Of a stretch of DNA of 28,823 bases, positions 1-9,249 are shown piece by piece. Below the pieces are notes generated by a model. It did no database searches. It had not been told where the DNA came from and saw only the letters and a program-made list of their open reading frames with translations. The number at the start of each line of letters is the position of its first letter. Position 1 is the first letter of the stretch. This DNA comes from Octopus sinensis (lineage: Eukaryota), in assembly GCF_006345805.1 (NCBI RefSeq), contig NW_021834106.1, forward strand, positions 1 through 28,823, read 5' to 3'. The translations under genes were made by a program, and so were the position numbers.

Positions 1-52
1 ATACTTATAAGTTTGTGTATGTATGTATGTATGTATGTATCTATGTATGTAT

Positions 53-235
53 TTGTCCCCTACTGCCGCTGCACAATCAGTGTTGGTTTAGTTACGCCTC
101 CGTAACCTAGCGATTCGGCCAAAAAGAACGATAGAATAAGAACGAAGCTTAAAAATTATACATTTGACTACGTCGTTTAAGACGATGCTCCAGCATGGTC
201 GCAGTCATTAACTGAAACAAATAGAAGATTAAAGA
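53..235 (+). mobile_element. SINE family A, 3' half, degenerate
   Basis: Follows a (TGTA)n tract. Matches the 3' half of the full copy at 6183-6596 (TTGTCCCC...GATAGAATAAG...GATGCTCCAGCATGGTCGCAGTCA...ACTGAAACAA). Confidence 0.8.
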
Positions 236-247
236 TATATATATATT

Positions 248-632
248 ATGGCTGCCCCCTCGTTATCGAGTATGGCCATTGCACGAAACCTAACTGTTAC
301 TGGTGCTGTGATCGAATGTGACTTTTTAGCCCAGCTAAGATCTACAATGTTTCTGTACAGAATTGGCAACTAAAACCTTTACCGTTAATAGCGGCTGTAG
401 TTGTAACTGGGCTTCATGTACCCTTGCATGTCGTTTAAGTCCTCCTGCCGAATTACACTCTCTTCCACATGCCCGACAGATATGATTAGTATGGTGGGTT
501 ACACCACCACCAGTAGCCAGGTTGTCACTCATCTGTCTCACTTTATGACTACGAAGATGACTCTTGAGTCCAGCTTTACTGAGGCAGGGTCTTACACGAC
601 ACTGCATGTCAGCATCATAGGAAGACCCTTCC
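248..632 (-). mobile_element. RTE-like LINE 3' end with three degenerate C2H2 fingers
   Basis: Joining frames on the minus strand gives LTCSV.VRPCLSKAGLKSHLRSH, HICRACGRECNSAGGLKRHARVH and CQFC..KHCRSLAGLKSHIRSQHQ*. It is followed by a short 3'UTR with a CTCG-ATAA-CGAG stem. Frameshifted, no TGEKP linkers, flanked by (TA)n on both sides. Confidence 0.65.
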
Positions 633-633
633 T

Positions 634-664
<31 letters not shown>

Positions 665-670
665 GTATAT

Positions 671-707
<37 letters not shown>

Positions 708-800
708 CATACATACATACAAACATACAACATACATACATACATACATACATACATACATACATACATACATACATACATACATACATTACATATGGAT
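633..800. repeat. (TA)n + (CATA)n compound microsatellite
   Basis: Read directly; it explains ORFs 416-928, 592-981 and 663-845. Confidence 0.95.
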
Positions 801-808
801 GGATGGAA

Positions 809-978
809 GCACTCCGTCGGTTACGACGACGAGGGTTCCGGTTGATCCGAATCAACGGAACAGCTGCTCGTGAAAAATTAACGTGTAAGTGGCTGAGCAC
901 TCCACAGACACGTGTACCCTTAACGTAGTTCTCGGGGATATTCAGCGTGACACAGAGAGTGACAAGGCCATGCGCCTC

Positions 979-980
<2 letters not shown>
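809..980 (-). mobile_element. SINE (family B tail) with internal deletion
   Basis: The minus strand reads TGGAGGCGCATGGCCT directly followed by TGTCAC...GACGGAGTGC. This is the first ~15 nt of the tRNA-like head fused to the tail seen at 9690-9849 and 13123-13280. Confidence 0.85.
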
Positions 981-1022
<42 letters not shown>

Positions 1023-1059
1023 ATTATATATATATTATAACGGGAAGCTTTACGAAAAT

Positions 1060-1250
1060 AAACAAAAGACGAAGGCAGGTGGTACAAACAACACAATGTA
1101 TTAGTATGGCGCTCAGAAAATAGAATAAAACAAGTCTTTTACGTTTCGAGCCTACGCTCTTCAACAGAAAGATACACAGAAAAGAAACACGGAGAGAAAC
1201 AAGGAGAGAAAAAAAATGCGTGCAGGAGCTAACGATTCAACATGGCGGTC
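1060..1250 (-). mobile_element. Penelope-like element terminal fragment
   Basis: Shares GGTACA..AATGTATTAG..GxCGxTCAxGAAA..ACGTTTxGAGC..ACGCTCTT with 22890-22981. It carries a minimal hammerhead-like fold, a known hallmark of Penelope-like repeats. No ORF is seen. Confidence 0.55.
1135..1172 (-). ncRNA. Minimal type-I hammerhead ribozyme-like motif (A6U variant)
   Basis: UCUUU CUGUUGA A GAGC-GUAG-GCUC GAAA C GU A AAAGA. Stem I 5 bp, stem II 4 bp, palindromic ACGU stem III, GUA cleavage triplet. Confidence 0.6.
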
Positions 1251-2035
1251 TGATTTCAGCCAGAAGTCAGAGATCAGACGTTAGACGCAAGAGGGATAGT
1301 AGGGGAGATAACAGGGTCAAATGACCTCGCCCCAACATAAGGGTGCGTGTGTGTATGAGAGAGTATGTATGTGCGTATGAAAGGTCTGGACGTGTGCATG
1401 TATGTATGATGTGATGTGCAATGTCGTGTAATATATATATATATAAGAATTGTTAAATATAGAATATATAGGAATTAATTGATATATCGATCTTATAATG
1501 AATACAAATGATCTTATTGATTGCTTATAGGTAGATGTATTTATATGTGTATGTATATGTGCATGTGTGCGTACAGAAGTGTGTATATTAGTGTGCGTTG
1601 GTGGGTGGGGCGCGCGATGCCTCTTTCCCAAGTCCTTTCGGTACAATTTGGTAACAATCATCACAGAGAAATTATCACTCTTCAAGTGATCAGTCGTTGA
1701 AACACTTCTGACCGATTCCACGCTGACCAGCTTGCGGTCATTATTAGTTACCGTCTATGGCTCGTGTCCAGCAAGCCTTTAACACCCTATACCCACACCA
1801 ATTCGCATTGACCACGCCATCCACCTTCACTACCAACCAACCAACCAACCAACCAGCCAGCCAACCAGCCAACCAGTCAACCAACCGACTAACCGACCGA
1901 CTGACCAGCCGGCCAAACACACAGCGGCTGTTTTCGTTTATTTTTGTTTTTGATATATATTTTGGTATGTTTTATCTTTTGTGTTTTCATGTTTCCGAGT
2001 TTTCTGGCAGAAATGAGGATAATTAGTATCTCAGC

Positions 2036-2131
2036 GGCCGCTACAACTACCGCCAACACTACCACGAACGCCGCGCCGCGCCGCCGCCGCCGCCACCACC
2101 ACCACCACCACCACCACAACCACCACTACTG

Positions 2132-2162
<31 letters not shown>

Positions 2163-2475
2163 AACCAAAACTACCACCACAATTACTTCAACTACTACAG
2201 TTGGTGCTGCTTCTGCTGCAGCTACTACTACTACTACTACTATTACAACTACTACAACTACTACTACAGCTGCTAGTGCTACGCCAACGACGACGACTAC
2301 TACCACCACAACTATTATTACTACTACTGCCATCCCCACCTCTACTACCACTACACCTAGCACCAACACTGCCACTATTACTAATACTCACCACCACCAT
2401 CTCTACTACTACTATTACTGCTACTACTTCTACTGATACTACTATCACTACGCCAACACCACCATCAACAAGCAG
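2036..2475. repeat. Mixed trinucleotide field (ACT/ACC/GCC/AAC)
   Basis: Read directly; source of the poly-Y/H/L/V ORFs. Confidence 0.95.
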
Positions 2476-2801
2476 TTGAAACTAACGAAGTGGTCGTTTC
2501 TGTCTGCTAAAAACAGCAGTTAGATTTCGCTCAGTTCACACCACGTGTTGGTTACTGCGGTCACGTTGAACACATCGTAGTTCTCTTGGGTTAGGAAATC
2601 GATGTGATAGTCATGGTTTCAATGCTATTCATCATATATCTTCTGCGTCAAGACATTCCTGTGATTAAGCAACAAAAACAACAAAAATATAATACAAATT
2701 TCCATCCCGTTATAATTGTAATTTTCATTGATTAAGATTTATTTTCGGTACATCATGTTGAATTTGCTACCGTACACTTAATGATATTGATATATATATA
2801 T

Positions 2802-2903
2802 ATATAAACAATTGCGGCGTAGAAGATGTTTATAAGCCATTTAAGAACACAAAAAACCGTTAGATTTACTTCAATATTTAAATTTAATTTGTGTCAAAAT
2901 ATT
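2802..2903 (-). repeat. Unclassified dispersed repeat E (DNA-transposon-like end)
   Basis: Reverse complement of the TTCTTAAATGGCTTATAAACAxCTTCCACGCTGCAATTG block seen at 3256-3296 and 5817-5907. Confidence 0.75.
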
Positions 2904-3048
2904 TATTTCTTTATTGCCCACAGGAGGCTAAACAAAGAGGGGACAAAGAAGGACAGACAAAGAGATTAAGTCGATTACATCGACTCCCAGGACGTAACTG
3001 GTACTTATTTAATCGACCCCGAAAGTATGAAAGGCAAAGTCGACCTCG
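2901..3048 (-). mobile_element. SINE family D body fragment
   Basis: Reverse complement of CGAGGTCGACTTTGCCTTTCAT.CTTTCGGGGTCGATTAAATAAGTACCAGTTACG..., near-identical layout to 25931-26120. Confidence 0.9.
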
Positions 3049-3229
3049 TGTGCTGCACGAAGTTTTGTCAGTGAACAGGTCGCGGTTTCAAAGCGACGAA
3101 AACATTTTGACACAGATTAAATTGAGAGGCTTGAAGTGAACGTAGTGCCCCAGCAAAATGGCGGTGCCCCAGCATGGCCACAGCTCATTAGCTGAAACTG
3201 GAAAAATCAAAAATCAAAAAATCAAAATC
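3049..3229 (+). mobile_element. Putative RTE-like LINE 3' end
   Basis: Short frame VLHEVLSVNRSRFQSD...GLK*, then GGCGGTGCCCCAGCATGGCCACAGCTCATTAGCTGAAACT and an (AAAATC)n tail. The 3' motif is shared with the tail of SINE family A. Clade assignment is inference. Confidence 0.5.
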
Positions 3230-3251
3230 ATATCGGGGATTTTTTTTGTGT

Positions 3252-3354
3252 GTGTGTTCTTAAATGGCTTATAAACAACTTCCACGCTGCAATTGTTTTT
3301 GTTTCAACACACGATCTCAGATCAAGTCACTTGCTATGCAAGTACATCTCCCTA
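3252..3354 (+). repeat. Unclassified dispersed repeat E
   Basis: Matches 2802-2903 (rc) and 5817-5907; ends ...CATCTCCC|TA before TA/TG repeats. Confidence 0.7.
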
Positions 3355-3560
3355 TATGTGTGTGTGTGTGTATAAAACTTACTTGTTAATACAAATTCGG
3401 CGTGTGTTGCGTCACATTACTAAATAAAGGGAAAAAATGTATGGTAAATAAACAAACGACATTACGTATACTGAATGTAAAAAGGAACGGGGGACAAACA
3501 GATAGTTTGTTATTCTTCATCGGTTATCGACCAATTGGTGATATTCAGTTTCGCACCTAT

Positions 3561-3649
3561 GCTTTCATTTATGTGTGTGTGTGTGTGGTGTGTGTGTGTG
3601 TGTGTGTGTGTGTTGTGTGTGTGTGTGTGTGTGTCTGTTTGTGTGTGTG

Positions 3650-3698
<49 letters not shown>

Positions 3699-3716
3699 TG
3701 TGTGTGCGTGCGTGTG
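3561..3716. repeat. (TG)n microsatellite
   Basis: Read directly. Confidence 0.95.
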
Positions 3717-3726
3717 CTTATATGTG

Positions 3727-4020
3727 AAGGTTCGTGGCCTAGTGGTTTGGGGGTTTTGCACTCATGGTCGTGAGATCGCGGTTTCGATTCTCAGACCGGC
3801 TGCACATTGTGTTCTTGAGCAAGACACTTCATTTCACGCAGCTCCAGTCCACTCATCTGTAAATAGGCAACTCTGCGATGGGCTAGTCTTCCGATCAGGA
3901 GGAATGTTAGCCTGCTCGCCTAACCAGCGTGGTGGAACCATTCGAAAGCTTAAACGATGCCAAGCGCATTGTGGGAAGTGATGTATAATAACAAGCTATA
4001 GTCTGGTGGATACCTTGATA
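3727..4020 (+). mobile_element. tRNA-derived SINE: head + CORE-like domain + CTGCGATGG-type tail
   Basis: A-box TGGCCTAGTGG, B-box GGTTTCGATTC, CORE-like TGTGTTCTTGAGCAAGACACTT...GCTCCAGTCCACTCA. The 3' boundary is approximate. Confidence 0.8.
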
Positions 4021-4364
4021 CAAACTTATAGTATTGTAGGTTATCTCGCTTTTTAAAAAGTTATTTGAATTCTTCCTATAAAGAAAGAGCTGGTATATAA
4101 CAATGAGACAAAGCTTCGTCGCTGCTAAAATTTTGGCTACAAAAACGATGAACGCTAACATGCTTAACTTTAGAAAAGTCTCGCATATTTTTATTTTTGC
4201 CATTTGCAGATTGTATTTGTAAAGTTTGTATAAACTTGTTACTTGCTCAATCGGAAAATATATGCTAGCACTTTTGGGATTATTATTTCCACATTTAAAA
4301 CAATATAGTAGAGTACACGCCAATAATTACGGGACAGATGTGAGCACAATAAAACAGAATTGAA

Positions 4365-4576
4365 GTTGAGGAGTTGGAAGAGTCCTTAGCGCTTCGAACA
4401 AGATGCTTAACGGCATTTCATCCGCCAATATATTTTGAATTAAAATCCCGCTGACGTCGACTGTGCCTTTCATTCTTTCAAGGTCAATAAAATAAGTACC
4501 AGTTAAACACTGGGGTCATGTAATCGACTAGCTGCCTCTCCCAAAACTTCAGGCATTGTGGCGATAGTAGAAAGGC
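4365..4576 (+). mobile_element. SINE family D, degenerate
   Basis: GTCGACTGTGCCTTTCATTCTTTCAAGGTCAATAAAATAAGTACCAG...CTGGGGTC...AGGCATTGTGGC..TAGTAGAAAGG. Confidence 0.8.
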
Positions 4577-4596
4577 AAAAAATCTGAGTATTTCTC

Positions 4597-5065
4597 ATTA
4601 ATTATGGAAATAGTATTAGAACTAAAAGGCAATTTTTATTTCCAACCTAATATGGACGTTTTTTTAGAGTACCGAATACTACGTAATTAGTCTTAAGAGA
4701 ACCTCCCATAGGAGTTCTTGGGGGCATAAAAGCACACACATAGATCGTAGCAGACAAGAATTATCTGACGTGGGTGCCGGAACTCCCATATCAAGTGATT
4801 TCATTCTTCTGAAGATCATCAGTGGGAGGCGTCCGGTCACCGCATGCCAGTCAAATTACGCTGCTACGATCTATAGAACATTAGCATCATATTGGACACT
4901 GCAGTTGCAAATACACAGCATGCTTATTAGAAATTAATTATCAGCAACGGAAACACTATTGACACCAAAAAATAATCTTTATATCCAACTTAACATGGAT
5001 GTCTTGTTATAATACCGAATACTGTGTTTTAAGCCTTATGAGCTCCTCTCTTCATAAGTGCTTAG
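4597..5065 (-). mobile_element. Candidate retrozyme-like unit: 343-bp period direct repeat enclosing a hammerhead hairpin
   Basis: 4606-4680 and 4949-5023 align without gaps at 57/75 by hand count, and similarity continues to about 4720/5065. The hairpin 4740-4874 lies between the copies. Confidence 0.5.
4783..4828 (-). ncRNA. Type-I hammerhead ribozyme-like motif with long extended stem I
   Basis: CUCCCA CUGAUGA UCUUCAGAAGAAU GAAA UCA-CU-UGA U A UGGGAG. Perfect core, 4-bp stem III, AUA triplet, 6-bp stem I extended to 4740-4874. Stem II lacks the usual G10.1-C11.1 pair. Confidence 0.65.
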
Positions 5066-5170
5066 GTTTCGAAACCGTCAACCATGCGTGTTTTCGTTCT
5101 CATAGATTCTGGAATAAATGTAGCAAATGTATTTAACCGTATGGGGCAATTAAGTTCTATAACTGTATAT

Positions 5171-5492
5171 TCATTATTTATTTATGCGCCCTTTTCAAGC
5201 CTAGCCAGGCTCATGGGCCCGGTTTCCCGGTTTCTGTGGCGTATGTGTTCCCCACCAGCTGGACGGGACGCTAGTCCATCGCAGCGTTACCCGAGAAACA
5301 GGAAGAAAGAGTGAGAGAAAGTTGGAGCGAAAGAGTACAACAGGGGTCGCCACCACCACCCCCTGCCGAAGCCTCGCGGAGCTTTAGGTGTTTTTGCACT
5401 CAATAAACACACACAACAACCGGTCTGAGAATCGAAACCGCGATCCTCCGGCCGCGAGTCCGCTGCCCTAATCACTGGGCCATTGCGCTTCC
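5171..5492 (-). mobile_element. tRNA-derived SINE family C, full length with 12-bp TSD
   Basis: Head GGAAGCGCAATGGCCCAGTG...GGTTTCGATTC, tail ending (AAAT)n. TSD ATAACTGTATAT at 5159-5170 and 5493-5504. Confidence 0.92.
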
Positions 5493-5674
5493 ATAACTGT
5501 ATATGATTTGTCTTTTCTGTGAAGTTAGCAAAAGTTTTGCTGGGATTAATAATTGAATATTCCCATCCTCTGCTAACTACATTCAACGAATATTCTTGTG
5601 CGTCGCTCGTAGTCCGAGAAAGACGGTTCAGCAATCTCTTGTTGAAAGACTTGTACAAATGGTTTGTTTGTAGT

Positions 5675-5816
5675 GGAGTGGCTGTGTGGTAAGTAGCTTG
5701 CTTGCCAACCACATGGTCCCGGGTTAAGTTCCACTGCGTGGCACCTTGGGCCAATGTCTTCTACTATAGCCTCAGGCCGACCAAAGCCTTGTGAGTGGAT
5801 TTAGTAGGCGGAAACT
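5675..5816 (+). mobile_element. SINE family A 5' part (head + CORE-like)
   Basis: GGAGTGGCTGTGTGGTAAG...CACCTTGGGCCAATGTCTTCT...GGAAACT; truncated where repeat E begins. Confidence 0.9.
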
Positions 5817-5907
5817 ATTTTGACAAATTAAATTTAAATGTTGAAGTGAATCTAACGGTTTTTGTGGGTTTCTTAAATGGCTTATAAACACCTTCCACGC
5901 TGCAATT
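5817..5907 (+). repeat. Unclassified dispersed repeat E
   Basis: Third copy (see 2802-2903 and 3252-3354). Confidence 0.75.
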
Positions 5908-5923
5908 GTGTGGTAATGTATAT

Positions 5924-5962
<39 letters not shown>

Positions 5963-6182
5963 CTGCGTGTTTGCATACGTAGATGTTAACAAGTGAAACC
6001 AATGGTACGTAGGCAATCGTTTTTTTTATTTTGTATATTTTCATTTGTATTGCTCATCTTTACATTTTGCGTTTCGCTGAGATTTTTCTTGAGAACACAC
6101 TCTTCGTGTTAATGGTAACTTGACATCTATGTTTAGCATATTTAGTGATCATTCCTCTAAATTTTGTATATATATATATATA

Positions 6183-6596
6183 GGCGCAGGAGTGGCTGTG
6201 TGGTAAGTAGCTTGCTAACCAACCACATGGTTCCGGGTTCAGTCCCACTGCGTGGCATCTTGGGCAAGTGTCTTCTGCTATAGCCCCGGGCCGACCAATG
6301 CCTTGTGAGTGGATTTGGTAGACGGAAACTGAAAGAAGCCTGTCGTATATATGTATATATATATGTATGTGTGTGTGTTTGTGTGTGTGTGTTTGTTCCC
6401 CTAGTATTGCTTGACAACCGATGCTGGTGTGTTTACGTCCCCGTCACTTAGCGGTTCGGCAAAAAGAGGCCGATAGAATAAGTACTGGGCTTACAAAAAG
6501 AATAAGTCCCGGGGTCGAGTTGCTCGACTAAAAGCGGTGCTCCAGCATGACCGCAGTCAAATGACTGAAACAAGTAAAAGAGTAAAAGAGTAAAGA
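6183..6596 (+). mobile_element. tRNA-derived CORE-type SINE family A, full length
   Basis: A-box TGGCTGTGTGG, B-box GGTTCAGTCCC, CORE-like CATCTTGGGCAAGTGTCTT, internal TA/TG microsatellite, tail ...CTCCAGCATGACCGCAGTCAAATGACTGAAACAAG(TAAAAGAG)n. Embedded in (TA)n. Probably one of the described octopus SINEs (OR1/OR2/OK type); exact name not assignable by eye. Confidence 0.95.
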
Positions 6597-6744
6597 TATA
6601 TATATATATACATACATACATATATACATACATACATATACATATATGTATATATATATAGAGAGAGAGGGGGAGAAAGAGAGAGGGAGAGAAGGAGAGA
6701 GAGAAAGAAAGAGAGAGAAGCAGAGAAGCAGAGAGACAGAGAGA

Positions 6745-6804
<60 letters not shown>

Positions 6805-7228
6805 CATAGGTGTGTAGTGGGTTAATGTCTGTCTGTGTGTGTCTGCGTGTGTGTACACGTAACCTTGTTTTCTACAAGATTAAGGAATCGGGGGACGAGG
6901 CTATTCTTACATTGGATCGGGGTGGTCCCACACCCATCACCATTCACTGAGACACACCTACGCCACCCCTTCTACACCAGTACACACATACACACACAGC
7001 AAGGTATTCCATTCCGTGTCTCAATCTCTTCTGCATCCTGTCCTTTTCACTCTCGTTCCCCACCCACCCAGCTTCTTTCCACACCCTCTCACCACCACGA
7101 CCCACCCCGGTAGTCTAGTCATCAACGACCGTCATCTGTTCTTCATCATGTGTCGCAAGAATGGAGAAGCTCTTTAGAGTGAAGAGAAGGCGACTAACAG
7201 GGTGGTTCTGGTAGGTGAAGTGTAGTAG

Positions 7229-7679
7229 CATAATGATTCGAGGTGGCAGTGATGATGATGATGATGATGATGACGAGGATGATGATGATGATGATGATGA
7301 TGACGAGGATGATGATGATGATGATGATGATGATAATGATGATGATGATGACGAGGATGATGATGATGATGATGATGATGAAGATAGAGGGGTTGATGAG
7401 AAGGATAAGGATGAGGGTGGTAGTAGCAGTAGTGGTGGTGAGACGGGGATGATGATGGCGATAATGATGGCGATGGTGGTGGTGGTGGTGGTGGTGTTGG
7501 TAGTGATGGTGGTGGTGATGGTGTGGTGGTGGTGGTGTGGTGGTGGTGTTGGTAGTGATGGTGGTGGTGATGGTGGTGGTGGTGGTGGTGGTGGTGGTGG
7601 TGGTGGTGTGGTGGTGGTGGTGGCGGTAGTGGTGGTGGTGGTGGTGGTGATGGTGGCGGTGGGGGGGAGTAATGATGAT

Positions 7680-7732
<53 letters not shown>

Positions 7733-7812
7733 TGATGAGGGGGAGGAGGAGGAATGAGAGGAGAAGGAGAGGGAAGTGAATGGAGGGGTTGATAATGGCG
7801 ATGAAGATGATG
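7229..7812. repeat. Mixed trinucleotide field (GAT/GGT/GAC/GAG)
   Basis: Read directly; source of the poly-D/M/T/H ORFs. Confidence 0.95.
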
Positions 7813-7816
7813 ATAC

Positions 7817-8005
7817 TGTTTAGTCCAAGTCGGTCGATCCTGATCGAGGAATTTCTGATCTTATACATCGGAGCCGTGACAATCCAGACTCATTTTCCAG
7901 AAATAGTCTACCTCTACCTAGAGGACAATTTCCTCAAACGTCTTTATAACTGTCAGATGTTATTCAAAGGAGCTTTGGCTGTTATTTTCAAGACAGGTCG
8001 AGTGG
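7817..8005 (+). repeat. Unclassified dispersed repeat F, degenerate
   Basis: Begins TGTTTAGxCCxAGxCGxxCCTGATC and ends TTTGGCTGTTATTTTC..AGGTCGAG, the same layout as 14961-15143 and 15199-15415. Confidence 0.6.
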
Positions 8006-8070
8006 ACTATTCAATGCAAGTATAGGACAACTGCTGCCCACAGGACCCTCTCTGATTGGCACGCCCTAAG

Positions 8071-8255
8071 GAAATATTGGTTTCAAATTTTGGCTCAAAG
8101 CAAGCAATTGCTCAACTAGTAATTATTTTATCGAGCCGGAAAAGATAAAAGGCAAAGTCGACCTCTGCGGAATTTGAACCCAGAACGTAAAGACGGACGA
8201 AATGCGGCCAAGCATTTTGCCAGGTGAGTTAACGATTCTACCAAGCTCGACGCCA
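8071..8255 (-). mobile_element. SINE family D
   Basis: rc of head (TGGTAGAATCGTTA), B-box GGTTCAAATTCC, GAGGTCGACTTTGCCTTT and tail CCAAAATTTGAAACCAAT. Confidence 0.85.
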
Positions 8256-8403
8256 TTACGCCCAACAAAGAAATTACCTTGAATTTTTGTTTTAGTACTG
8301 TAACCTACCTGATGATTGAACCATCTCGCATGCGGCCCGCTTCTCGGAAAAGGGTTGCTCACATTTCTGATTTAATGGCTTTTTCGTTCGCACGTATTGT
8401 ACT

Positions 8404-8644
8404 TTTTTACTCTTTTACTTGTTTCAGTCATTTGACTGCGGCTATGCTGGAGCAACGGCTTTAGTCGAGCAAAGCGACACCCGAACTTATTCTTTGTAAG
8501 TTTAATACTTACTCTATCGGTCTCTTTTGCCGAACCGCTAGTTTACGGGGACGTAAACACACCAGCATCGGTTGTCAAGCGATGCTGGGGGGACAAACAC
8601 CGACACACAAACATACACACACACCCACACACACACGCACCCCC

Positions 8645-8685
<41 letters not shown>

Positions 8686-8843
8686 GAGGGGCTTCTTTCA
8701 GTTTTCGTCTACCAATTCCACTCACAAGGCTTTGGGTCGCCCGAGGCTATAGTAGAAGACACCTGCCAAAGTTGCCACGCAGTGGGACTGAACCCGGAAC
8801 CATGTGGTTGGTAAACAAGCTACTTACCACACAGCCACTCCTG
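8404..8843 (-). mobile_element. SINE family A, nearly full length
   Basis: Reverse complement of 6183-6596 along its whole length. Confidence 0.95.
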
Positions 8844-9040
8844 TTATAGTGTACTTTGATGTGTTAAGGTCTAGTGCAGTGTACTTGTAGTTTTACGTAG
8901 GATGAGTATCAGGTGATGTATAGTTGTGCTATGAAGTGCAGAAGAGTAGAGCATTATATATACAGAGCACTGCATGTTGTAGCGTGGTGTTGTGTGATAT
9001 GATTTTGCAGTGCACCGTGTTATAATATGCAGTGGTGATA

Positions 9041-9234
9041 TGGTGCATTGTATCATGATTTAATAGAGAGACCTTGGTTAAAAGTCTTTCATAATCTGTT
9101 CGAATAGAACGATTTAAAATATTCTGGAAACCACCATCACCACCACTACCACCACCACCATCACCAACACTATCACTACCACCACTACCACTTTTAACCA
9201 AGGTCTCTCTATTAAATCATGATACAATGCACCA
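9041..9234. repeat. Perfect 45-bp inverted repeat with 104-nt spacer
   Basis: TGGTGCATTGTATCATGATTTAATAGAGAGACCTTGGTTAAAAGT (9041-9085) is the exact reverse complement of 9190-9234. Confidence 0.95.
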
Positions 9235-9249
9235 AATCATACGTTATGT

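Noticed and set aside
335-607. Host C2H2 zinc-finger gene
   Set aside because: Frameshifts between fingers, no TGEKP linkers, abrupt 5' end at (TA)n; better explained as a LINE 3' end.
5031-5072. Small hairpin CTTATGA/TCATAAG and palindrome GGTTTCGAAACC
   Set aside because: Short enough to arise by chance in AT-rich DNA; noted only as part of the second copy of the 343-bp unit.
6183-6260. tRNA gene calls for the A/B-box heads
   Set aside because: No complete cloverleaf or acceptor stem; each continues into a SINE body.
7194-7868. Long homopolymer-rich ORFs (also 1889-2479, 11098-11625, 11928-12460, 15776-16377)
   Set aside because: Open in several frames and on both strands because stop-poor triplet repeats fill them; no domain, splice or start context.
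8309-8350. CTGATGA...GAAA on plus strand (also CTGATGA at 22593-22599)
   Set aside because: No stem II closing the core and no NUH/stem I; chance matches.
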